Positions 18,055 to 27,166 of a stretch of 64,000 bases of DNA are shown piece after piece; position 1 is the first letter of the stretch, and the number at the start of each line of letters is the position of its first letter. This DNA comes from an uncultured Acidobacteriota bacterium (GTDB taxonomy: Bacteria; Acidobacteriota; UBA6911): NCBI GenBank assembly GCA_963843575.1, contig CAWJKZ010000012.1:128001-192000 (forward strand), in the 5' to 3' direction. The notes beneath the pieces are model-generated. The model saw only the letters and a program-made list of their open reading frames with translations, had not been told where the DNA came from and searched no databases. The position numbers and the translations under genes were made by a program.

Positions 18055-19230
18055 TTACATCTCTACCCAGGCGTTGCCGAGGGAGTTGCTCTCCACCGCC
18101 TTGGTGATGAAGTAGATCCCCATGCGCCCGTCCTCGACGTTGGCGTACTTCGACCCGTCGCTCGCGCACGGCCGCCCCTCCAGGTACGCGCGGACGTCCG
18201 CCTCGAAACAGCGGTGCAGGCGCGCAAAGGCGTCGTGAAACGCCTCGGGATGCCCGGCGGGTATCGTCACCTCCTGAAGCAGATCCTGCGGCACGTCCCC
18301 GAGGAATCCGTCGTTCGGCTGCACGGCGCCGCGCCAGTACACGAGGTCGGGTTTGCCCGGCACGTTGATCACCAGCTTTTCCGGTTCTTCCTGGGACCAG
18401 CGCAGCGACCCGCGGGTGCCGCACACAAGCAGGCCGAGTTCGTTTTTGTGCCCGATGCAGATCTGGCTGGCACGCACGAGAGCGCGCGCGCCGTTGTCGA
18501 GTTCGGCGTAGACGGTGAAGTGATCATCCAGCTTGCGGTTGGCCACGAAGATCTCCAGGTGGCCGCTGAGCCGGCGCACTTCGAGGCCGGTCACGAAGCG
18601 CAGCTGCATGAGCGCGTGGGTGCCGATGTCGCCGCCGCAGCCGCTCGCCCCCGCGCGCTTGGGATCGACGCGCCACTCGGCCTGCATGCTCCCCTGGTCC
18701 TCGACCCTCTCCGAGAGCCAGCCCTGGATGTAGTAGGCGTCGACCCAACGCACGTCCCCGAGGAGGCCCGAACGGACGATGTGGCGCGCCAACCTGCTCG
18801 ACCAGTGCCCGAGATAGGTGTGGGCGACGCAGAAGGGGATGCGTTTTTCCTTCACGAGCCGGACCAACTCGTCCGACTCCCCGAGCGTCACCGTCAGCGG
18901 TTTCTCGCAGAACACCGGAATGCCGGCGTTGACGAGCTTCACCGCGGGATCGAAGTGGACGTGGTTGGGGGTGACAATCAGGGCGTAGTCGATGCGCTCC
19001 CCGACCGCTTTTCGGGCCTCGGCAGCGATCATTTCGTCGTAGCTGGTGTAGCCGCGGATCGGATAAGGCCAGTTCTCCGCCTCCCTCAGCGCAACCGCCG
19101 GGTCCGGGTGCAACGCCGCCGCCACCACCCTGCGGGTACCGTCCATGTGGATCGCGCGCTGGTGCGGCTGGACGATGAAGGCGCCGCCGCCGCCCCCCAC
19201 CAGTCCGACGTTTAACGGTCTCTGAGACAT
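18055..19230 (-). CDS. Gfo/Idh/MocA family NAD(P)-dependent oxidoreductase
   Basis: GLVGGGGGAFI...H, IVTPNHVH, VFCEKP, WRVDP...G...DIGTH. Confidence 0.93.
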   Translation of the reverse strand: MSQRPLNVGLVGGGGGAFIVQPHQRAIHMDGTRRVVAAALHPDPAVALREAENWPYPIRGYTSYDEMIAAEARKAVGERIDYALIVTPNHVHFDPAVKLVNAGIPVFCEKPLTVTLGESDELVRLVKEKRIPFCVAHTYLGHWSSRLARHIVRSGLLGDVRWVDAYYIQGWLSERVEDQGSMQAEWRVDPKRAGASGCGGDIGTHALMQLRFVTGLEVRRLSGHLEIFVANRKLDDHFTVYAELDNGARALVRASQICIGHKNELGLLVCGTRGSLRWSQEEPEKLVINVPGKPDLVYWRGAVQPNDGFLGDVPQDLLQEVTIPAGHPEAFHDAFARLHRCFEADVRAYLEGRPCASDGSKYANVEDGRMGIYFITKAVESNSLGNAWVEM

Positions 19231-19379
19231 AGCGAACCTCGTTCAGGAACGTGATTACTCCAGGGGGCAAGAGCGCGCCCCGACAGTTTTCCTTCATGCT
19301 GCCCGTCTATTTGATCTATTATCGCACCCATTTGTAAAGAGCGGTTTTGCGGAATCCGCCGCTATCCCGGGAGACCCCC

Positions 19380-21206
19380 ATGTGGAACCTGAAGCGCGCG
19401 TGCAGTTTGCACTTCTGGCGGTTTGCCGGCCTGCTGCTCCTCTGCCGGGCGGCGGCCGGCGCCGAACTGACCGCCCTGCCGGAGACCCTCCGCCCGGACC
19501 CGTTCGGCGGCGTCGTGGCGGCGGACCGGACCGCCGGAGAGCCCGCGACCGATCCCCGCCGCCCCTTTGCCCTGACGGGCGCGCGCGCCGGCTACGTGTC
19601 TTTTCACCTCGTGGTCAAGCTTCCGCAGGGCGGCGACTACCGGATCGGCGTCGCCTTCGACGACAAGAGCGGGAAACTGCAGGCCGACCTGTTCCGCGAG
19701 TGGTTCCACCGGCCCGGTCCCGGCCCCGACTACTACCCCGACGCGCTGATCCCGGTGCCCATCCCTTTCGGGTCGCGGCTGCCCGACCCGGAAAACCGGA
19801 TCGAGAGGCAGACGGCCCAGGCATTCTGGGTCGATGTGTGGATTGCACCGGACGCGCTACCGGGGACCTACCGCGGCCGCGCCCTGCTCGAATCCGGCCG
19901 CGAGCACCGCACCCTGGCACTCGCCCTGACGGTCGTCGCCGCTGCCGTCCCCGCGGGCGACGCGGTCGTCGTGGATCACAATTCCTATGGCAGCGGCTGG
20001 CTCGCCCGCCAGTATCCCGGGACGCGCGTGCCCAGCGACGCGTCGCTCGAGCTCACGCACCTGCACCACCGGATCTTCTACGAGCACCGCGGCATCTACC
20101 ACCAACTCGGTTACGGGCACGGCGGCAAGGTGATCCAAGAGTTCGCCCCGGTGCTGACCGGAGCCGGGCGTCACAAGCGGGTTGCCGACTGGAGCCTGTA
20201 CGACCGGCACTACGGCCCGCTCCTGGACGGGTCCGCGTTCTCCGGCTCGCGCCGCGGTGCGCGCCCGATCCCATTCGTCTACCTCCCCATCAACCCGGAG
20301 TGGCCCGCCTCGTTCCTCTGGTGGGGTGAGCCCGGGTACGAGGCCGAGTTCGCCGCCGTCGTGCGCGACATGGAGCGACATTTCCGCGAGAAGGGCTGGA
20401 CCCGCACGCGCTTCGAAATGTTCTTCAACCACAAGAAACGGTACAAGGCGTTCCCCTGGGACGGCGACGAGACCCGCTTCCCCGAAGACGACGCATACTT
20501 CCGTGAATACGGGCGCATGCTCAAAGCGGCGCTGCCACCGGGCACCGCCGTCCAGTTCGTTTTCCGGACCGATGCGAGCTGGGACATGGAGCGGCAGTTT
20601 AAGGATCTCGCCGGCGTGATCAACATGTGGGTCTGCGGCTCGGGCATGTTTTCGTGGTACCCGCAGGCGGTGCCGTTGCTGAAGGGGCGCGGGGACGTCG
20701 TCTGGATATACGGCGGCCCCCCCGCCATGCAGAAGACCGCGTCGGCCGTGACCGAGTATCCGTTCCGCGCCTGGATGCTGGGCGTCGACGGCTGGGTGCA
20801 CTGGCAGACGGTCGAACCGGGCGACGACCCGTGGTTTCACTCCGACGGCGGCGGGACGGCACTGGTCTACCCCGGGGCCCGTTTCGGCATCAACGGCCCG
20901 CTGGCCAGCGTCCGGTTGAAGATCCAGCGCAACTGCCTGCAGGACCTCGCCCTGCTGGACGCGCAGAAAACGATGCGGCCACCCGGGGAGCTGCGCGCGG
21001 AGGCCGCGCGTCGTTTCAACGGCACGACGCCGGCGCAATGGTGGACCCCGCGTCCCGCGCTGGCCGACACGCCCCCATACGGCTGGAACAACGCCGACAT
21101 CGACGATGCGATCAGACAGGCCGCGGGCGAGCCACCCACCCTGGACGCCTCGGCGTGGCTCAACGTCCGGCGCTTCGTCCTGCAACTGGCGACGGAGGGA
21201 AAATGA
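19380..21206 (+). CDS. Secreted DUF4091-type (GH123-like) putative glycoside hydrolase
   Basis: Signal peptide; YYPDALIP; QAFWVDVWI..DA.PG.Y.G; C-terminal LVYPG...GP..SVRL...R..LQD. Confidence 0.65.
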   Translation: MWNLKRACSLHFWRFAGLLLLCRAAAGAELTALPETLRPDPFGGVVAADRTAGEPATDPRRPFALTGARAGYVSFHLVVKLPQGGDYRIGVAFDDKSGKLQADLFREWFHRPGPGPDYYPDALIPVPIPFGSRLPDPENRIERQTAQAFWVDVWIAPDALPGTYRGRALLESGREHRTLALALTVVAAAVPAGDAVVVDHNSYGSGWLARQYPGTRVPSDASLELTHLHHRIFYEHRGIYHQLGYGHGGKVIQEFAPVLTGAGRHKRVADWSLYDRHYGPLLDGSAFSGSRRGARPIPFVYLPINPEWPASFLWWGEPGYEAEFAAVVRDMERHFREKGWTRTRFEMFFNHKKRYKAFPWDGDETRFPEDDAYFREYGRMLKAALPPGTAVQFVFRTDASWDMERQFKDLAGVINMWVCGSGMFSWYPQAVPLLKGRGDVVWIYGGPPAMQKTASAVTEYPFRAWMLGVDGWVHWQTVEPGDDPWFHSDGGGTALVYPGARFGINGPLASVRLKIQRNCLQDLALLDAQKTMRPPGELRAEAARRFNGTTPAQWWTPRPALADTPPYGWNNADIDDAIRQAAGEPPTLDASAWLNVRRFVLQLATEGK

Positions 21207-22069
21207 GCTCTGCAAAGTTCGTCGTGATGGCGTCGGCGCTGCTCCTGTCCGGCCCGTGCTTCGGCCAAGCCCCGGCCCGGTCCCGCGCCAGCGTGGCCAG
21301 GGACCTGGACGAGGTCGCCCGGATCGCCTCGGTAATGATCGACGGCGACCGCTGCGGGCGCATCATGACCGCACGCGCACTCGAGAGCATCGCGCGCGTC
21401 GATCCGAGAGATCCGTGGGCGGCCAGCGACAATTTCGACGTCCACCACGAGCCGTACATCCAGACCAAGAAGACCCTGATCAGGCTGGGCCGGCTGCTGG
21501 ACTACCCATGCGACGTCAACCTCTGGATGCCGCTGCCCGGGGAACGGGGGAAAATCCAGGTGCTGATCCGCAATGCCAACGAGTGGAGCCAGTTCTGGAC
21601 ATGGGGGAAACTGGTCCAGGACCTGCCACCGGAGATGAAACGGGTCCTCGAAGGCGGGGCGCGCGAAACGGTCACGGCCAGGCCGCCGTTCATCTCCGTC
21701 CTCGCTCCCGTCTACGACAGCCTCGGGGACGTCGTCGGGCTGGTAGAGGCCGTCAGCATTGACCCCGCGTCCGCCGCTCCGGAGGTCCACGCCCGCGCCC
21801 CAGTGGGTCCGGGCTTCAGCCCGGAGGCTGTTTGCGGTCGCTATGCAGGGCAGCTGGAACTCTATGGAGCGGATTTAAAGACGTCCGGGCTGAAGCCCGG
21901 ACCCACTTGTTTTACGGGCAGGGCGGGCAGATCAACCGTTGGACAGCCACTTCAGCCCGGACCGAGGATGGGGACGGCGAAGGAACGGGCCAGCACCAGC
22001 GCGATGGCCCCGACCAGGCTGGGGCGCGCGGACAGCGTGGTCGGGACGATCCGGACCGGATCGAGGTAG
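21203..22069 (+). CDS. Secreted hypothetical protein; the ORF reads through the REP element, so the natural end is probably near 21800
   Basis: GGAGG RBS, ATGA overlap and signal peptide MSSAKFVVMASALLL. The tail from VGPGFSP onward is translated repeat. Confidence 0.65.
   Translation: MSSAKFVVMASALLLSGPCFGQAPARSRASVARDLDEVARIASVMIDGDRCGRIMTARALESIARVDPRDPWAASDNFDVHHEPYIQTKKTLIRLGRLLDYPCDVNLWMPLPGERGKIQVLIRNANEWSQFWTWGKLVQDLPPEMKRVLEGGARETVTARPPFISVLAPVYDSLGDVVGLVEAVSIDPASAAPEVHARAPVGPGFSPEAVCGRYAGQLELYGADLKTSGLKPGPTCFTGRAGRSTVGQPLQPGPRMGTAKERASTSAMAPTRLGRADSVVGTIRTGSR
21803..21963. repeat. REPIN-like element (family A inverted REP pair, 104 bp) plus flanking tail
   Basis: GTGGGTCCGGGCTTCAGCCCGGA at 21803 and GTCCGGGCTGAAGCCCGGACCCAC at 21883-21906. 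The spacer is nearly the same as in 33767-33871. Confidence 0.9.
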
Positions 22070-23164
22070 AAGCGCGACGCAGTCTGCGCCAGCTCGCGCA
22101 GCATCGACCCGATACACCAGGTCCCAGGCCCGGGTGACCGCCCCGCCAAGGACGATCACTTCCGGGTTGAGCGAGTACATCACGGCCAGCAGCCCGCGCC
22201 CGAGATACGCGGCCGTCCGCTGAAGCGCCGCCACGGCCTCCGGCTCGCCTTTCAGGGCCCGCCCGACGATGTCGTCGATGGTTACTCCCGCCGCACGCCT
22301 GCCGCACGCCTCCCGGTAACGCCTGACGGTCGCGGGGTCCGCCGCAAACGCCTCCAGGCACCCGCGCGCGCCGCAGCTGCACAGCGGGCCGTCGGGGTGA
22401 AGCGAGATGTGGCCGAACTCCCCCGCCCCGTGCATGGCACCGTGATAGAGCTGGCCCCGGACGATAATGCCCGCGCCGATCCCCTCGCCCACGTCGATGA
22501 AGACGAGGTCGCGAGGGGGGCGCGGGTGTTTGCCGAACCAGATTTCGGCAAGCGCCGCCAGCCACGACCCGTTGTCGAAATAGAGCGGCACGTCGGCGTC
22601 CAGCGCCTCCCGCAACATCGCCCCGATGGGGACGTCCTCGCCCCAACCCAGCGCCTCGCCCGCCAGGATGCACCCCTGCTCCGGATCCACCAGCCCGATC
22701 AGGCTGACCCCGATGCCCGCGAATGTCTCGTCGGGGAAAGACCGCAGCAGCTTCCTGATCCCCCGCGCGATGCTCTTGGCCGCGTCGCGCGGGTCGGCAT
22801 AGCTTCTCAGTTCCACCGACCGCAGGATCCGCCCCGTGAAGTCGCTGGCCGCCACCGTGCACCCGCTCGGCCGCAGGTCGACCCCGAGCGCCAGCGATTT
22901 CCGCGGGTGGATGTGGAGGAAGCGCCGCTTCCTGCCGCCCTGCGCAGAAGCCTCCGCCACCCCCTCCTCGTAAACGAGCTTCTCCCCCACGAGGCGGGAG
23001 ACAATCCGGGACACCGTCCCCCCTTCGAGACCGGTCAGCTGCGCGATCTCGATCCGGGAAATGGGCTGCTTCTCGCGAATCACATTCAGCACCATGACCC
23101 CGTTGAGGTCGCGCAGGTACCTGTGGTCAGCCGGGCCAAGCTTCGCCAGATCCAGTTTGCGCAC
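21952..23164 (-). CDS. ROK family transcriptional repressor (XylR/NagC-like), one apparent frameshift near 22105
   Basis: HTH PISRIEIAQLTGL...TVSRIV; GGRK; GIGAGI; GAGEFGH; CSCGARGCLE. The C-terminus ...SLVGAIALVL lies in another frame. Confidence 0.92.
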
Positions 23165-23301
23165 CGGGCTATCTCCAGGTTGACGGTTGATCGAATCTAA
23201 CCCCTCACCTTCCGCCAAGTCAACCTTCAAGCGGGATTTGGAAGGGTCGCATCGGCATTGGGCGCCCAGGCGCCGGATATTCCGGCTGTAGGACAAGAAT
23301 G

Positions 23302-23329
23302 AAAGCGGCGCCGATGCGCCGCACTCCAG
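23302..23329. repeat. REP family B copy
   Basis: AAAGCGGCGCCGATGCGCCGCACTCCAG. Confidence 0.75.
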
Positions 23330-23372
23330 ATCTGCGCCACATTGGCCTTGACTTAGGCTCGGCGGCCGTGGA

Positions 23373-23393
23373 TTACTTGCTGTTGGAAACTAA
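23373..23393. promoter_or_regulatory. Candidate ROK operator
   Basis: Imperfect palindrome TTACTT-N9-AACTAA downstream of TTGACT (23348), in the divergent region between the ROK and GH20 genes. Confidence 0.5.
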
Positions 23394-23411
23394 CTCAGCC
23401 CGGGAGGATAT

Positions 23412-25652
23412 GTGCGCACACCAGTCCTCAAGTGCTTTCGCGGTGCGACGGTGGCTCTGGGCTTGTGTCTTCTCCTGACGGCGGCGCGGCCGGGCGAGTA
23501 CGGGCCGACGGAACTGTTTCTGCGGGGGTACACGCTCCTCCCCGCCCCGCAGAGCGTCCGGCTGGAGGCAGCCGACCTGCAGTTCGGCGCGCACTGGACG
23601 CTTCGGTCCGAGGTCCCGCCAAACCACATCGCCGTCCGCAGCCTGGCGCGGGACCTCGCCGAGTTCCACTCCATCGCGCTCAAGACGGCAGGGGCGCGCG
23701 ACGAAAACGTCCTCCGGCTTGCCGTCGCGCCGGGCACGGTCAACGAGCGGGCTGTCGCCCGAAGTCGACGCCCAGGCGTACCGGTTGCGGGTCGCGCCGG
23801 GCAGAATCGAGGTCACGGGCAACACGGACGCGGGCTTGTTCTACGGCGTCCAGTCGCTGCTGCAGCTGCTCAAGAAATCGAGCGGCGGGCTCCTGCCTCC
23901 CGGCGGGCACCATCGAGGACTGGCCGGACGTGCCGCTACGCTTTCTTGCACTGGGACACCAAGCACCACCAGGACCGGATCGACACCCTGAAGCGCTACC
24001 TCGACTGGTCGGCGCGCTTCAAGATCAACCGGATCGGCTTCGAGCTCGAGGACAAGTTCGCCTACCCGTCGCACCCCGTCATCGGGGCCCCGGGCGCCTT
24101 CACGCCCGCCGAACTCCAGGAAATCGTCGACTACGGGCTGGAGCGCTTCATCGAGGTGGTGCCCCAGATCCAGTCTCCCGCCCACATGGCCTACGTCCTG
24201 AAGCATCCCGAGTTCGCGGACCTGAGGGCCGACGGCAACAACTACCAGGCGTGCCTGTGCGACGACCGCACGTACGCGCTGATCTTTTCGATGTACGACG
24301 ACGTGATGAACGCCACCCGGGGCGTCCGCTCCTTCCACGTGTCCACCGACGAGGTCTACTTCGCGGGCATCTGCTCAAAGTGCACGGAGCCCTACACCCC
24401 GGAGAACCGGAGCCTGAAGTGGGTGCAGTTCGCGCAGAGGGCGCACGAGTTCCTCCAGGCCCGCGGCCGCACCATGCTCGCCTGGGTTGAGTACCCGGTA
24501 TTGCCGCAGCACATCAGGCTGCTCCCTCAAGCCCTGATCAACGGGGTCATGCCGGGGGACCGGGAGCAGCTCGACGCCGAGAAGGAGCGCGGCATCCGCG
24601 ACCTGATCTACACGTCGATGGAGGGGGAGGAACCGCTGTTCCCGAATTACCTGCCGCTGGAAGGGGTGCGTGAACCGGCGGAGGGGAGACTCGACGCGAC
24701 GCGACGGGCGTTCGAGTCGGGCAAGCGCGCGGGCAACGCCGTCGGCGTGTACGGGGCGGCCTGGGATGATTCCGGCCTGCACGGCGAGACGTTCTGGCTG
24801 GGCTGGGCGGCGGTCGCAGCCTACGGCTGGAACTCGGCGGCGCCGCCGGTGCGCCAGCAGGCGGTCGAGTTTATGACCGCCTACTACGGCCCGGAAGCCT
24901 CCGGAATGACCGAGCTCTACCTCGGCCTGCAGAAGCAGGCGCGCTTTTTCGAGTCGTCGTGGGACCGCGTGGTGTCGCGGGAACGCGGCCCGGGTTACGG
25001 CAATTCCGAGGGGCCCGGCGTAGGGACGACACGCTACGACAAGACGCTGCCGGCCCCCGCGCTCCCGGCGCTGCCCGGCCTGGATTTCTCCCCCGTGTAC
25101 CAGGGCCGCTACGGCAGCCTCGCGCGCGAGGCGCGGCAGGCCGGCGCGGAGAACGAAACCCTGCAGCGCCGGCTGTACGAAAGCATCGTGCGCGCCGGGC
25201 GGAACCGCTACAACCTCGAGGTCTTCCTCTCGCTCGCATCCCTCACCGCGCACCACAGCCGCCTGGTCTCGGGCATGGCGGACATCGAGGCGCTGCTGCT
25301 GCGGGCGCGCGAGGCGGCGCGCGACGGGGAAGCGGCCGCCGCCCTCGGGCACCTGACCCGCGCCCGCGCCCTCGCGCTCTCCATCGCCTCGGAACGCAAG
25401 TCGATGTTCGCCGACCTGCAACGCGTCTGGGAGAAGAGCCGGTACCCCAAGGGGCGCGAAGTGAACGGCCGCAAGTTCGTCCACGTTCTGGACGACACCA
25501 AGGACCACTGGGCCGACCGGCGCCCTGATCTGACCTACATGACCCAGCCGGAAGAGAGCATCGGGCTCGAGGCTTGGGCCGACCGGCTCGGCACGCTCAT
25601 GCAGTCCTATGCGCAGCAGAACAAGCTTGCCCTCCGCGCACCGGAGGACTGA
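23412..25652 (+). CDS. GH20-family beta-N-acetylhexosaminidase-like protein (three compensating frameshifts at about 23743-23943)
   Basis: AYRLRV...GLFYGVQSLLQL and IEDWPD lie in alternate frames. EVVPQIQSPAH, FHVSTDE and AAWDD lie in the main frame. Confidence 0.85.
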   Translation: MRTPVLKCFRGATVALGLCLLLTAARPGEYGPTELFLRGYTLLPAPQSVRLEAADLQFGAHWTLRSEVPPNHIAVRSLARDLAEFHSIALKTAGARDENVLRLAVAPGTVNERAVARSRRPGVPVAGRAGQNRGHGQHGRGLVLRRPVAAAAAQEIERRAPASRRAPSRTGRTCRYAFLHWDTKHHQDRIDTLKRYLDWSARFKINRIGFELEDKFAYPSHPVIGAPGAFTPAELQEIVDYGLERFIEVVPQIQSPAHMAYVLKHPEFADLRADGNNYQACLCDDRTYALIFSMYDDVMNATRGVRSFHVSTDEVYFAGICSKCTEPYTPENRSLKWVQFAQRAHEFLQARGRTMLAWVEYPVLPQHIRLLPQALINGVMPGDREQLDAEKERGIRDLIYTSMEGEEPLFPNYLPLEGVREPAEGRLDATRRAFESGKRAGNAVGVYGAAWDDSGLHGETFWLGWAAVAAYGWNSAAPPVRQQAVEFMTAYYGPEASGMTELYLGLQKQARFFESSWDRVVSRERGPGYGNSEGPGVGTTRYDKTLPAPALPALPGLDFSPVYQGRYGSLAREARQAGAENETLQRRLYESIVRAGRNRYNLEVFLSLASLTAHHSRLVSGMADIEALLLRAREAARDGEAAAALGHLTRARALALSIASERKSMFADLQRVWEKSRYPKGREVNGRKFVHVLDDTKDHWADRRPDLTYMTQPEESIGLEAWADRLGTLMQSYAQQNKLALRAPED

Positions 25653-25686
25653 AACGCCTGATTCTTCGGGCTCGGACAGGAGAACC

Positions 25687-27006
25687 ATGCACATCGGGAT
25701 CGAGGGCACCCGGCCGGAGCGGCTCGACGAGCGCGTCGGCGCGAAATTGGAGGCGCTGCGGGCCCGCCTGACCGAAACCGTGGCGGAACTGGTGAAGATT
25801 CCTTCGGAAAACACGCCCCCCGCCGGGGCGGAGCTCGCCTGCCAGCGCTACCTCCGGGACCGCCTGGCGGCCCTGGGATTGGACGCCGAACTCTACGACC
25901 CCGGCCTCGTGCAGGGGATGGCGGAGCACGCCGGCTACCGGCGCGGCCACGACTACGCGGACCGGCCCAACCTGTCTGCCGTCTGGCGCGGAAGCGGCGG
26001 CGGCAAGTCGCTGCTCCTCTCGGGTCACGCTGACACGGTTCCGCGGGGATCGGAACCGTGGCACCACGACCCTTTTGCCGCGACCGTGGAGGGGAACCGG
26101 CTGTACGGGCTCGGCGCCAACGACATGAAGGGGGGCATCGGGGCGATGATCGTCGCGGTCGAGGCCCTCCGGCAGGCCGGGGTCCGGCTGCGCGGCGACC
26201 TCTTTGTCGAAACGATCGTCGACGAGGAGTTCGGCGGGGTCAATGGCACGCTCGCGGGTCGCGTCCGCGGCCCGAACCCCGATGCCGCCATCATCTGCGA
26301 GCCGAGCCACAACGTCATCTGCCCTGCGCAGATGGGTGGCCGCACGGCACACATAACGCTGCGCAGCGGCAGCGCGGGCATCCTCTCGGGCGGCGCCCCG
26401 GAGACGCGCGTCGTCGACCAGCTCGAATACCTGCTCGGCAGAATCCGGGAATTCGCGTCCCAGAGACGCCACGACGCCCCCGCGCACGCGCTCTATCCCT
26501 CGTCGCGCGATCCCGTCCCCGTGTGGGTGACCAAGGTGTCGGCCGGCGGCTGGGGCCCGGGCGAACCCATCACGATCCCCGGCTGCTGCCGTATCGAACT
26601 CTATTGGCAGACCATGCCCGGAGAGGAACAACCGCAGATCGAGCGTGCTTTCTTCTCGTGGCTGGACGCGGCGACTTCGGCGCGCCCCGACCTTTTCCCG
26701 GCACCCCCGGAAGTCCGGTTCCCCATCGAGTGGCTCCCGGGATCCGCGCTGGACCCGCAGCACGAGCTCGTCACGCGCCTGGCCACGACCTTCCAGGACG
26801 CGGCCGGCGTGCCCGCGCAGGTCCGCGGCATCGAGGGTCCCTGCGACATGTTCGTGTTCCACCAGATGTTCGGCGTGCCCGCCGTCCTGTTCGGACCCAA
26901 GGGGGGCAACACACACGCTCCCGACGAGTGGGTCGATCTCGACTCCGTTTTCCTGACCGCTCAAGTCCTCACCCGGTTCGTCTGCTCGTGGTGCGAGGTC
27001 GAGTGA
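25687..27006 (+). CDS. M20 (ArgE/DapE-like) metallo-deacylase
   Basis: LLSGHADTV, YGLGANDMKGG, DEEFGG, CEP, H.PDE; AGGAG RBS. Confidence 0.92.
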   Translation: MHIGIEGTRPERLDERVGAKLEALRARLTETVAELVKIPSENTPPAGAELACQRYLRDRLAALGLDAELYDPGLVQGMAEHAGYRRGHDYADRPNLSAVWRGSGGGKSLLLSGHADTVPRGSEPWHHDPFAATVEGNRLYGLGANDMKGGIGAMIVAVEALRQAGVRLRGDLFVETIVDEEFGGVNGTLAGRVRGPNPDAAIICEPSHNVICPAQMGGRTAHITLRSGSAGILSGGAPETRVVDQLEYLLGRIREFASQRRHDAPAHALYPSSRDPVPVWVTKVSAGGWGPGEPITIPGCCRIELYWQTMPGEEQPQIERAFFSWLDAATSARPDLFPAPPEVRFPIEWLPGSALDPQHELVTRLATTFQDAAGVPAQVRGIEGPCDMFVFHQMFGVPAVLFGPKGGNTHAPDEWVDLDSVFLTAQVLTRFVCSWCEVE

Positions 27007-27068
27007 GTGCGCACCGTCGCGTGCGGAGGCTCGATCTGGAATTGACCCAGGGTAGTTAAAAAAAACCC

Positions 27069-27132
27069 GCCACGGAGAACACGGAAAGCACGGAAGACAT
27101 ACAATTTTCGTTTTTTCCGTGTCTTCCGTGGC
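27069..27132. repeat. Hairpin of 9-bp-period CACGG units (REP-like family C)
   Basis: GCCACGGAGAACACGGAAAGCACGGAAG...TTCCGTGTCTTCCGTGGC. Confidence 0.7.
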
Positions 27133-27166
27133 AAGTTCTTGTCTTCGGTGAAGCTATGGAGTTCAA

